Shown in pieces: positions 37,895-47,856 of a stretch of DNA of 64,000 bases. Numbering within the stretch: the first letter of the stretch is position 1; each line of letters starts with the position of its first letter. This stretch comes from a virus (lineage: Duplodnaviria; Caudoviricetes), in the IMG/VR virus record IMGVR_UViG_3300027804_000038, positions 128,001 through 192,000 of that record; one strand, written 5' to 3'. The notes under the pieces were generated by a model that was given only the letters and a program-made list of their open reading frames with translations, searched no databases and was not told the DNA's origin. The position numbers and the translations under genes are program-made.

Positions 37895-40078
37895 ATGGGA
37901 TTAATATATTATAACATATCAACAGTAGGTGATTGTTCAAACACATCATCGGGGTCGTTTAGTTTATCAGTTAGTGGGGATTCTCCACCATTTAATATTA
38001 CATGGATATCGCCAATTTCAGGACTAACGTTTTCATCTCAAACAATTACAACAAATCCTTATGTTGTTAATAGTTTGAGTGCTGGAACCTACGCATTTCA
38101 ACTAACAGATTCATCTTTATTAACATCGGCTAGTACTGTAATAGGTTCCGTATCCATAGTCTCATCAACAACTATTAATTTAGGAGTATTTAAGGATACT
38201 ACCTGTGGACAAAATAACGGGATTATTACTGCTAATACCCCAACAAATTTTATATCAAATACAGTTTCTTTATTTAAAGATGGTGAATTATATGAAACAC
38301 AAAGTGGTGGTGGAACTATATTTAGTTTTATAAATTTAGGTCCTGGTATTTATTATTCTAATGTCGAATCTGAAGGTGGATGTGTTGGAACTAGTGATTC
38401 TGTAATTATTCACGGTTCTGAAACTTTAGATTTTGAATTATATGTTATTAATAATCCTGCGTGTTTATTAAACAATGGTAAGATATACGTAACAGGATTA
38501 ACTGGAACACCACCATTTACGTATGAATGGTCAACTAATGTACCATCAGGACAAACATCTTATTTTGTAACAGGGTTAACTAGAAATAATTATAGTGTAA
38601 CTGTAACTGATTATTATGGATGTAGTTTAACTAAGGGTGTTTTTGTTGATAATGCAAGTCCAATTAGTTTAGTTAATTATTCGGTAGTACAACCTACTTG
38701 TTTACAAAGCGACGGCTCAATAACTTTCACAATATCAGGAGGTAGTGCCCCATATTATTATTTATTAAGTAATGGATATGGAGTCGTTAGTTATTCAGAA
38801 CAAATAACATTTTCAGGTTTATCTTCAGGTTTATATGAATTAAATGTAACTGATGTTAGTTTGTGTACATTTAAAACAAATGCTAGATTAAGTACACCTA
38901 ACACTTTTTCAGTTGTTTCTATAACTTCTGAAAATTCAAAATGTGGTTATAAAAATGGTTCAGTTACCGTACAATTAAATGGAGGGGCTCCACCATATTT
39001 AATGTCGTTAATAAATTCTCAGGGTACCGAAATAAACATAAGTTCAACATTAACAAATACAACCTTTAATTCATTAAGTTCTGATACCTATACTTTATTA
39101 ATTAGGGACTCATTTAGTGCTTGTACTTATAGTGGAAGTACTGTTATTACTAACAATCCTTCTTATGATTTTTCAGTTAATTCTACGGGTACTACTTGTG
39201 GTAACAATGACGGGATAATACAAATATCAATAATAAGCGCCAGTACTACTGGTAATTCTTATACTTATTCACTTAGTAATGGAAGTTCATCAGTTGATAC
39301 CACTGCAACAACATATACTTTTACTGGTGTTTCTGCGGGTAATTATGAAATTTCTGTGGTAAATTCCGAACAATGTAAACAATTAGATTATGCGGTAGTA
39401 AGTAATTCGGAACCATATTCCATATTTATGTATCCGTCAACATGCTATAGAGGTACTGATGGTACAATACAAGTTTTAATTGAAGAATCTGACGGTCCAT
39501 TTAATTTAACTTGGAGTGATAATGTTAATGGACAGACTGGTATGTACATTACAGGATTAACTGCTGGAACATACTATTTAACCGTAAGTGGAGAAACAGG
39601 GTGTCAACAATTATTAAGTACTGATATAGTATGTGTACCATCAACCTCAACAACCTACTCATTTACATACGGTAGTGGGGTTAGAGAGTATAGTCCTTCA
39701 TCAAAATTAAGTTTAAAAAATATGCTTTATTCGGGATATTCTTCGTTAGTTACGGATGCTGAATATTGTAAATTAAACAGTGCTGAATTTAGTTTGAAAG
39801 TTACGATTGATTCAACTGACTACACATTCCCATTCTATTATACAACCACTTTCGATAGAATACCTACACTATCTTATTTTTCAGGTATTTTGGAAAATGC
39901 GATATTGAGTATTCCATATATTACAGATTGTACAGTTGATGCTGTTAATGGTTCTATTGAAATTGAATCTGAAGTTGTTGGAGGGGTTGAATACTATAAA
40001 GATGAGACAATAACATTTGATATCTTAATAGATTATGATATTAGTTGTTTGTCGATAAATGATATTGTTTGTCCATAA
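37895..40078 (+). CDS. SprB-repeat (Ig-like) virion adhesin, about 7 repeats
   Basis: Repeats such as [70 protein letters not shown] match the C-xxx-dG-x-GG-x-PY pattern. Confidence 0.7.
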   Translation: MGLIYYNISTVGDCSNTSSGSFSLSVSGDSPPFNITWISPISGLTFSSQTITTNPYVVNSLSAGTYAFQLTDSSLLTSASTVIGSVSIVSSTTINLGVFKDTTCGQNNGIITANTPTNFISNTVSLFKDGELYETQSGGGTIFSFINLGPGIYYSNVESEGGCVGTSDSVIIHGSETLDFELYVINNPACLLNNGKIYVTGLTGTPPFTYEWSTNVPSGQTSYFVTGLTRNNYSVTVTDYYGCSLTKGVFVDNASPISLVNYSVVQPTCLQSDGSITFTISGGSAPYYYLLSNGYGVVSYSEQITFSGLSSGLYELNVTDVSLCTFKTNARLSTPNTFSVVSITSENSKCGYKNGSVTVQLNGGAPPYLMSLINSQGTEINISSTLTNTTFNSLSSDTYTLLIRDSFSACTYSGSTVITNNPSYDFSVNSTGTTCGNNDGIIQISIISASTTGNSYTYSLSNGSSSVDTTATTYTFTGVSAGNYEISVVNSEQCKQLDYAVVSNSEPYSIFMYPSTCYRGTDGTIQVLIEESDGPFNLTWSDNVNGQTGMYITGLTAGTYYLTVSGETGCQQLLSTDIVCVPSTSTTYSFTYGSGVREYSPSSKLSLKNMLYSGYSSLVTDAEYCKLNSAEFSLKVTIDSTDYTFPFYYTTTFDRIPTLSYFSGILENAILSIPYITDCTVDAVNGSIEIESEVVGGVEYYKDETITFDILIDYDISCLSINDIVCP

Positions 40079-41091
40079 TGGGATTAATTACAATAAATGA
40101 TATTTCAGGTATACCACCTTATAATGTAAGTGTATGTGACATTAATGAATTTTCATGTGTATATGTTACAACAATAACACAATATGTACCACCTTCAGTT
40201 GAGTTTAATTTGCCATCAGAATTTATCATGGCTCCAATTGTTTTAATTAAAATAGTTGACTCAACTGGATGTGTATTTACTTCTCAGTATCAATGTTTTA
40301 CATCACCAACCCCGACACCATCTATTACCCCTTCTATTACACCTACAATAAGTATTACACCTACAAACACACCTACAATAAGTATTACACCTACAAACAC
40401 ACCTACAATAAGTATTACACCAACAATAACATCAACCCCCACAATTACACCGTCAGTTACTCCGACATATACCCCAACTCCGTCAGTTACACCTACAAAT
40501 ACACCAACACCATCAATATCTTCACCACCATCTTTTATAAGTGCGATTTTATTTATTGAACCATATTCTGGTTCGACCGATATTGGACAATGGATGTATG
40601 ATAAAGGATTATCATTTTACGGATTTACAAATGGTAGACAACCTGCAACTAATCAAACAGATTTTAATATACAATTTAATAATTATGTTGACTTTTCAGG
40701 TTGGACAAGTGGCTCATTCCCTCAGAAATTTTACTCAGATGTGCCATCGACTTCAGGAGGAGTTGACGATTATGGTAATCCTATTGTTAAATATAACTTT
40801 AAAACCATGTCAATACCTGCAAATACTGTAGAAGACCAATCATGGTATACATGGATAATACCAACTGGACTGACAAATGGATTAATACAAAAAGAAATTG
40901 ATGTAAGTATTGATAACCCAAATGTGTTAACTAGTACTTTAATGGAATCAACAATTTACGCTTATACATTTACATATACAGGAAATACAATTCCAAGAGC
41001 GACATATAGAGTTTATACGTCATTCCCATCATCAAATTTCCAACTAAAAAATTCAACAAATATATATTTTAGAGGAAGTGTAGTTGGGTGA
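40078..41091 (+). CDS. virion protein: ~72-aa SprB/Ig-like module, Pro/Thr linker, C-terminal domain
   Basis: Start at the TAATG-coupled ATG 40078; [15 protein letters not shown] linker. Confidence 0.65.
   Translation: MGLITINDISGIPPYNVSVCDINEFSCVYVTTITQYVPPSVEFNLPSEFIMAPIVLIKIVDSTGCVFTSQYQCFTSPTPTPSITPSITPTISITPTNTPTISITPTNTPTISITPTITSTPTITPSVTPTYTPTPSVTPTNTPTPSISSPPSFISAILFIEPYSGSTDIGQWMYDKGLSFYGFTNGRQPATNQTDFNIQFNNYVDFSGWTSGSFPQKFYSDVPSTSGGVDDYGNPIVKYNFKTMSIPANTVEDQSWYTWIIPTGLTNGLIQKEIDVSIDNPNVLTSTLMESTIYAYTFTYTGNTIPRATYRVYTSFPSSNFQLKNSTNIYFRGSVVG
40339..40421 (+). repeat. perfect 30-bp tandem repeat (about 2.7 copies) encoding [10 protein letters not shown]
   Basis: ACCTACAATAAGTATTACACCTACAAACAC at 40341 and 40371, with a partial copy at 40401. 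Confidence 0.9.
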
Positions 41092-41106
41092 TAATTATAT
41101 AATAGT

Positions 41107-44100
41107 ATGTCAAATTTTCCATATAAAAAATCTATTTCGCCAATACAATTACTCGGAACACAATCAGTTAACCGAGAAGCGACCTATGGTACTCATTTTA
41201 GTACTGATGGTATCGGTGGATACATGGAAGTTTTTAATGTAACTGATTTAATTTTTACGATACCAACAGGACAAACAGGTTCAATTGAATATACTGGTAA
41301 TACAATTCCTGTAAATTTATTGAAAGGAGGTGCTGGACCATTTTCAACTGACGTTTTAACTCTAAACCCTGATAATATATCTTCAGGTAGAAGAAAACTT
41401 GGGATGTTAGTTTATGTTTATGAATATGACCAAGTTTACCAATTTGCAATAGATAACTACGAAACACTTTGGAATAACGCCACTGGGGCAACAAATACCG
41501 TTGTTATTTCTGAATATGGAACAACCGTAAATACCTCAACACCTGAAGGACAACTTTTAGTATCATCATGGACCGCAAATACAATTGATGGGGTAAGTGG
41601 TGTAACAAGAAGTAATGCGGTTTGGAAAAAATATTATGGTACTAATTTGGCGGTTACGGGAGGTTCTTTTAACGGAGTAACTGGAACCTTAACTCTTACT
41701 AATATAACAGGTGGTACACAAAATATTACTGGATTTGGTTCAGGTGGAGGTGGAGGAGCTCCAATTACAGGAGGTACTTTTGATAGTAGTAATTTAGAAT
41801 TAGATTTAACTTCTTCAGCGGGAACAATAACTGTTACAGGTGTAACAGGATTGTATATTTCGGCAGGAACATATAGTAGTGGAAATACAACATTATCATT
41901 ATCAAACTCAACTGGTGGAACAATAACCATCACAGGTTTTAGTCAAACATTTTCAGGAGGGTCAGGAAATTGTATCAACCAATTATATTTGAATGAAATT
42001 TACCCATGCACTTCTGATATAAAAATTCAACCACTGTCAACAGGTAGAGTTTACTTTGGAAATAACAGTGGGGCTTCAGGTTTAACAATTGACTTTAATT
42101 CAGAAACGGCTCAAAAATCTGCAAGATTAGGATTAAACATAAACAATCCTGAATATACATTTGATTTTAAGAGTTTTGATAGAAAATCGGGATTTTTCTT
42201 TAGAGATGACATAGTGGCACCATTTGGTGATTGGAAACAAATTGCAATTTCAGGAGATACTGATAATGTATTAATGTATACTTCTTTTCAGCCTGATGCC
42301 TCAGGAAGTTTAGGGCCACATGGTATTGCAATTGGGTCAAGAGGATATGGTAATTCTAGTACTACAACAAATAACTCTTTAGGAAGAACTGGTGACACAT
42401 TTGTGTTTGCCTTTTCAAATACAAATGGGTTAAATATTATTAATGGACCTGGAACAAATACTGATGATTATATAAGATTTTATGCTGGTCAAACTGTAGG
42501 TAGTAATACTCCTGATGTTCATATACAAGGTAGTGGGTCAACAAGAGGATTTGTAGGGATAGGAACTACTGCAGTAACAAACCCATTACATGTTTATGCA
42601 ACTTCTAATCCATTGAGATTAGAGGGTCTACAATCGTCCGCTAATACAAGATTTTTAGTTGCCAATTCAGACGGTGTTGTAACTTACACAACAACCGCAC
42701 CTAGTGGAGGAGGAGGATTTAGTGCCGTATCTATTAATAATGTGGTACAATTTGACACAAGTGCGTCACAAACTATTAATTTCAGTGGTGTTAATATAAA
42801 CATAACTTCCGCATCTACTAACACATTAGTCTTTAGTGGAGGAGGTGTTACCGTACCTGGCTCAAATAATCAAGTATTAACCTCAAATGGGTCAGGAGGA
42901 ATTGTTGCTGAGTCATTGTTAACTTTTGATGGATTAGCATCATCTCCACCATTAAATGTGAATGGAATAACTATATGGAGAGGGAAAAACAACTCAAGTA
43001 AAAGTATTGGTATTGGGCCCCTAACTTTAAATAACACAACAAGTGGTGTTGCAAATATTGCTATTGGTCCAGGGTCACAAACTAATACAAATACTGGATA
43101 CAATAATATAAGTATAGGTCTTTCATCGTTATCTGCAAACACATCAGGAAATCGAAATATTGCGATAGGTACATACGCAATGAACCTAAATAGTGGTGGA
43201 TATGGTAACGTTGCGATAGGAGATAGGTCTTTATACAAACACTATATAGGGGACTTTAATATAGCTATAGGGGCTAGTTCTCTATATTATAGTGACACTA
43301 ATTCTTCAGGAACTGATTTTAATATTGCTATAGGTAGATGTGCAATGTTTTATAATTCAGGTGGAACTGAAAACATTGCTATAGGTAGAAGAGCTTTGGC
43401 AGGTAACAATCCTAATAAGCAGTTTGGTAATTTTAACATAGCCTTAGGGAGAGGAAGTTTATATCAAAATTATAACGGTGACTATAACATTGCTATAGGT
43501 AGAAGTTCACTATATTCTAATAGTACTGGTTTACACAACGTTGCGATTGGTAGGAATTCTAATGGTGAAAATACAACAGGAAATAATAATATATCTATAG
43601 GGTATAATTCATTATATTATAATACAACAGGGTTAGGAAATGTATCAATCGGAGCTGACAGTTTATACAGTAATGTATATGGTAACCATAATGTTTCTAT
43701 AGGTTATCTTTCAGGTAAAAACAGCGCTGGTAGTAGAAATGTATTCATTGGTAGAGAGTCAGGATTTAATGAAGTTAATTCTGATAGATTACACATTGCT
43801 AATTGCCAGACTAGGATACCACTAATTTTTGGTGAATTTGACACTAACAGATTAGGTATCAATACAACAACTGTAACTAATACTCTTCATGTTTCGGCAA
43901 CTACACATCCTGTTAGATTTGAAGGATTACAATCTTCTGCAAATACAAGATATTTGGTGGCGAATTCTGATGGAGTAGTAACGTATGTTACAGGTACAAC
44001 AGGTTCATTCTCAGGAGATTATTTACCTTTAAGTGGGGGAACAGTTACTGGAGGAACTTCTTTTACTGCGGGACTGACTGCAAATACTATTTCAGCAACA

Positions 44101-44571
44101 ACGTATTTAAATTTACCAATCGACCCTGATACGTATGTTACAGGTTTTACTTTAAATTCTAATACGGTAACCCTATCTCAAAATAGAAATGACCAATATT
44201 CAGCGTTTACAATAAATTTATCTGCATATACAGGAAATACAGGACTAAGTTATTATACGGCAACAACAATAGGTGATGGTGTTATAGATACTATTGATAC
44301 TACAATTGGATATAGACAAGTTAGTTATGATTATACTTTAACAAGTAATAATGGCTCAATAAGAAGTGGAACTTTTACTGCGAATTGGAATACAGGTTTA
44401 ACAATTATTAATTATTATGATGCTGGACCATCCGAAATTATGGAGTCAACTGATGTTATTGATAATCTTTCAGCAATTATAAATGGTACTGATATAGATA
44501 TAACCTTATCAGTCACACCTAATACTGAAACATGGGTGTTTAAATCACTTAAAAAACTTATGCCTGTATGA
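41107..44571 (+). CDS. long tail fibre/adhesin with about 15 YadA-head-like N(I/V)xIG repeats
   Basis: NIAIG/NVAIG/NISIG repeats at roughly 16-aa period (about 42995-43760); Gly-rich hinges; TGGT/SGGT fibre motifs. Confidence 0.75.
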   Translation: MSNFPYKKSISPIQLLGTQSVNREATYGTHFSTDGIGGYMEVFNVTDLIFTIPTGQTGSIEYTGNTIPVNLLKGGAGPFSTDVLTLNPDNISSGRRKLGMLVYVYEYDQVYQFAIDNYETLWNNATGATNTVVISEYGTTVNTSTPEGQLLVSSWTANTIDGVSGVTRSNAVWKKYYGTNLAVTGGSFNGVTGTLTLTNITGGTQNITGFGSGGGGGAPITGGTFDSSNLELDLTSSAGTITVTGVTGLYISAGTYSSGNTTLSLSNSTGGTITITGFSQTFSGGSGNCINQLYLNEIYPCTSDIKIQPLSTGRVYFGNNSGASGLTIDFNSETAQKSARLGLNINNPEYTFDFKSFDRKSGFFFRDDIVAPFGDWKQIAISGDTDNVLMYTSFQPDASGSLGPHGIAIGSRGYGNSSTTTNNSLGRTGDTFVFAFSNTNGLNIINGPGTNTDDYIRFYAGQTVGSNTPDVHIQGSGSTRGFVGIGTTAVTNPLHVYATSNPLRLEGLQSSANTRFLVANSDGVVTYTTTAPSGGGGFSAVSINNVVQFDTSASQTINFSGVNINITSASTNTLVFSGGGVTVPGSNNQVLTSNGSGGIVAESLLTFDGLASSPPLNVNGITIWRGKNNSSKSIGIGPLTLNNTTSGVANIAIGPGSQTNTNTGYNNISIGLSSLSANTSGNRNIAIGTYAMNLNSGGYGNVAIGDRSLYKHYIGDFNIAIGASSLYYSDTNSSGTDFNIAIGRCAMFYNSGGTENIAIGRRALAGNNPNKQFGNFNIALGRGSLYQNYNGDYNIAIGRSSLYSNSTGLHNVAIGRNSNGENTTGNNNISIGYNSLYYNTTGLGNVSIGADSLYSNVYGNHNVSIGYLSGKNSAGSRNVFIGRESGFNEVNSDRLHIANCQTRIPLIFGEFDTNRLGINTTTVTNTLHVSATTHPVRFEGLQSSANTRYLVANSDGVVTYVTGTTGSFSGDYLPLSGGTVTGGTSFTAGLTANTISATTYLNLPIDPDTYVTGFTLNSNTVTLSQNRNDQYSAFTINLSAYTGNTGLSYYTATTIGDGVIDTIDTTIGYRQVSYDYTLTSNNGSIRSGTFTANWNTGLTIINYYDAGPSEIMESTDVIDNLSAIINGTDIDITLSVTPNTETWVFKSLKKLMPV

Positions 44572-45971
44572 GTAATACTTTAGAAGTAAGAGGTAGTTTA
44601 AATAGTAATAATTTAATTTACTCTAATAGTGTTAGTGCAAATACTATTAGTGCTTCTACTTTTTTTGGTAATTTAAATGCATCATATGTTGGAAACAATG
44701 ATGTTAACAACACAGAGTTTGGATATGTTAGTGGGGTTACATCTAATATACAAGAACAATTAAATAGTATACCTGATGCGTCCCTCCCACTATTAACTTA
44801 TAGTTCAAGTACTCTTTTAACCAATGATAGAGTAATTACCGCTGGTGAAAATATTATTTTACAAGATGACGGTAACAATCTATCAATGTCGATGGATATT
44901 GGGGTTTTAGATGTTAATGAGATTACAGTAACACCATTAAGTGCTCAAACCGACTACAACCCAACAGGATGGAATTCAACTTATCCTAACAAATCTACAG
45001 TAATTACATTAACACCAAGTGCCGCAACAATCATCTCAGGATTTGAAGGGGGTGAAGAAGGTAGAGTTTTAATAGTTAGAAACTTAGGTAGATTTTTAGT
45101 TATATTAGAACATTTAAGTAGTAAAAATTCATCTAGTTCAAATAGAATGTCGTTCGCAAGAAATGGAGGATGTTTTTTAGTACCATGGAAAACTGTGACA
45201 TTAATTTATAATTCAACAACCTCGTTATGGGAAGAAAGTACCGAAACTGAAGGACCCTATAATGATTTTTCAATTTTTACTGACTTTGCCAATGCTCCAT
45301 TATCACTCCAAATTGTTGGAGGAGGTGGGTTTTCTCCATTTGGAGGGTTTGCGTTTTATAATAAAGGTGGAACCACACAAATAATACAAACTGGAGATAC
45401 AGATAGTTTTGGTGCGGTTTTTTTTGGAGGAGCGACTAATGTATCACAATATTTTTCTTGGGGCCAAGGAAGAAATGTAGGTAGTGCTAATCAATTAAAT
45501 GCAACAAGACTTAAATTATTAAACATCCCAACCGCCACATCTGACTATAAATTTTTAACTGGTACTGATGGTAATTATATTTCGGGTAGTTTTGAGGGGG
45601 TTTCACAGGGAGCTAAATGGAAAGTTGATAGAACAGTTTCGCCAACAAATTGGGTAATACAATACGCAACAGGACAAACCTCAAATGTGGTTTTTACAAC
45701 AAATGTCCCATTAATTACGTCCGCATATACTATAGTTGGTCACTACCAACAGGCTACTTCCGTCGCTGGTAATAACAGAAACGCTTGCTTTTTTTATTCA
45801 TATGATGATAAAGATTACAGTATTGAAAGACAAATTTTGACTGGATTTATTATAGGTAGTTTAAATAATATTATGAATGTATCTATGACTGGAGGTGCCC
45901 AAGCGGCAACAAATTTAAGAGGTGTAATTATTGATTGGGTTGGATTAACTTTTTATAATGATAATGTATAA
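44568..45971 (+). CDS. tail fibre/receptor-binding protein A (paralog of 45971..47368)
   Basis: Shares VGNNDVNNTEFGY and YxPTGWNxTYPNK blocks with the next gene; divergent C-terminal half. Confidence 0.65.
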   Translation: MSNTLEVRGSLNSNNLIYSNSVSANTISASTFFGNLNASYVGNNDVNNTEFGYVSGVTSNIQEQLNSIPDASLPLLTYSSSTLLTNDRVITAGENIILQDDGNNLSMSMDIGVLDVNEITVTPLSAQTDYNPTGWNSTYPNKSTVITLTPSAATIISGFEGGEEGRVLIVRNLGRFLVILEHLSSKNSSSSNRMSFARNGGCFLVPWKTVTLIYNSTTSLWEESTETEGPYNDFSIFTDFANAPLSLQIVGGGGFSPFGGFAFYNKGGTTQIIQTGDTDSFGAVFFGGATNVSQYFSWGQGRNVGSANQLNATRLKLLNIPTATSDYKFLTGTDGNYISGSFEGVSQGAKWKVDRTVSPTNWVIQYATGQTSNVVFTTNVPLITSAYTIVGHYQQATSVAGNNRNACFFYSYDDKDYSIERQILTGFIIGSLNNIMNVSMTGGAQAATNLRGVIIDWVGLTFYNDNV

Positions 45972-47368
45972 TGAGTAATATGTATAATATATATGGAGAC
46001 TTAAACGTTAAGTCAGCAACAACATCATATAGTGTATCCGCATTTACTATTAGTGCAAATACGTTTTATGGGGACTTAGACGCTACATATGTTGGTAACA
46101 ATGACGTTAATAACACTGAATTTGGGTATCTATCGGGATTAACAGGATATGTACAAACACAATTAAATTCTAAACTATTAGGTAACGTACCAATATTATC
46201 ACTGTCCGCAGGAACAATATTAACAAATGAAAGAGTTTTCACTGTTGGTGAAAATTTAATTTCAGTTGATGGAGGTGCCAATTCGACATACACAGTGTCA
46301 GGTCATATTGCATCACTAAAGGTTGGAGTTGTGGAAGATACAATATCGGCCAACCAAAATAACTACTCACCAACTGGATGGAATGGAACTTATCCTAATA
46401 AAGCCACTCAGATTTTAATTACACCTACACAAGTTGTTAAAATTTCAGGACTAAGTGGAGGTACTTCAGGGAGAATTGCAACAATTACTAATATCGGTAA
46501 TTATTTAATTATTTTAGAGAATGAAAGTACTAATAGTAGTTCTGGTAATAGATTTTCATTTTCAATACCATTTGGATATTTTTTACCACCCAAAAAATCA
46601 ATAAATTTAATATATAGTACCGCAACAACTTATTGGCATCAAACAAATCATTCCGCAACTTTAGGTTTAGATGTATTTGAAAGATTTTATGCATTCGACT
46701 CAACAGGAGCGGTTAGACAAGCTAATAACACCGCATTCTACTACGCCCAAGCAACTGGTACTAGTTGTACTTTTGGATTCGGAGGATATGGAGGAGCTTA
46801 TATTCGTAGAGGGACGGTCGCAACAAATAGGGCTAGAGTTGGAGTTGTTGGAAATAATTTATTTGAGACAGTGAACGGTAGCTGGATTTTAACTGTGGGT
46901 AGATGGGGATTCCCAACCGTAGGAACAACTGTAGGCCCCCCAACAACAACAAATAAATACGCAACAATAGTTGGTACACAAAACAATGATTTAAGTACTG
47001 CATATGTTACAGGACAATTAAATGGAGGTTGTTATTGGGAAGTCGATATAGATATTAATTCTTCGTTCGCCTCAATGGTTATGCAAGTTACGGGTAATTC
47101 ATTACAAAGAGCAACGTCAACTTTACCATTATCATCATTATCCGCCGCGAACGCTACAGTAACAACTGGAGTATATAGTTTAAATTATAGTAGTGCAACA
47201 TTTTTTTGGTCAACCAATGGAAATACTTTTACAATAGAACCCCCAATAAGTTATACTGGCGGTACTATTATGGGTTATCCAGGTATTGCTTTATTTGGTC
47301 AAGCGGGTACCTCAAATGCGGTTGGAATTGCAATTTTTAATTTAGGTAATAGTTTTGGTTCATTATAA
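45971..47368 (+). CDS. tail fibre/receptor-binding protein B (paralog of 44568..45971)
   Basis: Same shared N-terminal blocks; TAATG coupling. Confidence 0.65.
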   Translation: MSNMYNIYGDLNVKSATTSYSVSAFTISANTFYGDLDATYVGNNDVNNTEFGYLSGLTGYVQTQLNSKLLGNVPILSLSAGTILTNERVFTVGENLISVDGGANSTYTVSGHIASLKVGVVEDTISANQNNYSPTGWNGTYPNKATQILITPTQVVKISGLSGGTSGRIATITNIGNYLIILENESTNSSSGNRFSFSIPFGYFLPPKKSINLIYSTATTYWHQTNHSATLGLDVFERFYAFDSTGAVRQANNTAFYYAQATGTSCTFGFGGYGGAYIRRGTVATNRARVGVVGNNLFETVNGSWILTVGRWGFPTVGTTVGPPTTTNKYATIVGTQNNDLSTAYVTGQLNGGCYWEVDIDINSSFASMVMQVTGNSLQRATSTLPLSSLSAANATVTTGVYSLNYSSATFFWSTNGNTFTIEPPISYTGGTIMGYPGIALFGQAGTSNAVGIAIFNLGNSFGSL

Positions 47369-47382
47369 AAATATTTAAAAAT

Positions 47383-47607
47383 ATGGAAGAATTAAATTTT
47401 AAATGCGAATGTTATAAATTTGAAAATTTATCAAATGAAATAGTTATAGTTGAAATCATTGATTGTGATGGTAATTATAAAAATTTAGAAATAGAACCAA
47501 ATAATTCTATATACATTAAAATTTCAGGTGGATTATCGTATAACGGACCTGAAATTTTAAAAATAAACGGTCCATTAGATGACACGGAATGCCAGCAAAT
47601 TACATAA
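47383..47607 (+). CDS. small hypothetical protein (74 aa)
   Basis: Fills the gap after the fibre genes; CEC and DC motifs; overlaps the next gene by 19 nt. Confidence 0.55.
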   Translation: MEELNFKCECYKFENLSNEIVIVEIIDCDGNYKNLEIEPNNSIYIKISGGLSYNGPEILKINGPLDDTECQQIT

Positions 47608-47816
47608 CAATTAATAGTATAAACGGATTACCACCATACCAAATTTATTTATGTGATGTTGGGTTTTATAGTTGTGAGTATATTACAACTATAGATGACC
47701 CTATAACTTATCCTGTTGAAATAAATTTACCTTTGAAATTTTCAGGTACCTCAAGAGTCGCAATTAAAATGGTCGATAGAAATGGGTGCGAAAATTTTAA
47801 TGTCTTTATTTGTTAA
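47589..47816 (+). CDS. standalone ~72-aa SprB/Ig-like module
   Basis: ITINSINGLPPYQIYLCD...C.Y..TI...P...LP...IKMVDRNGC aligns with 55658..55882 and the N-terminus of 40078..41091. Confidence 0.7.
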   Translation: MPANYITINSINGLPPYQIYLCDVGFYSCEYITTIDDPITYPVEINLPLKFSGTSRVAIKMVDRNGCENFNVFIC

Positions 47817-47844
47817 GTAAACTACAAAAAAAACTAAATCTTAT

Positions 47845-47852
47845 TATTTATA
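47845..47852 (+). promoter_or_regulatory. putative late promoter TATTTATA
   Basis: Octamer 4 nt before the ATG at 47857. Confidence 0.5.
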
Positions 47853-47856
47853 TGTA

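Noticed and set aside
41107-47368. Diversity-generating retroelement target in the fibre genes
   Set aside because: No reverse transcriptase, and no near-identical template/variable repeat pair differing only at adenines. The paralogous segments differ at synonymous sites of all kinds.
47589-47607. Programmed frameshift joining the 74-aa and 75-aa ORFs
   Set aside because: No slippery heptamer is evident, and the second ORF has its own ATG matching the start of its standalone paralog.
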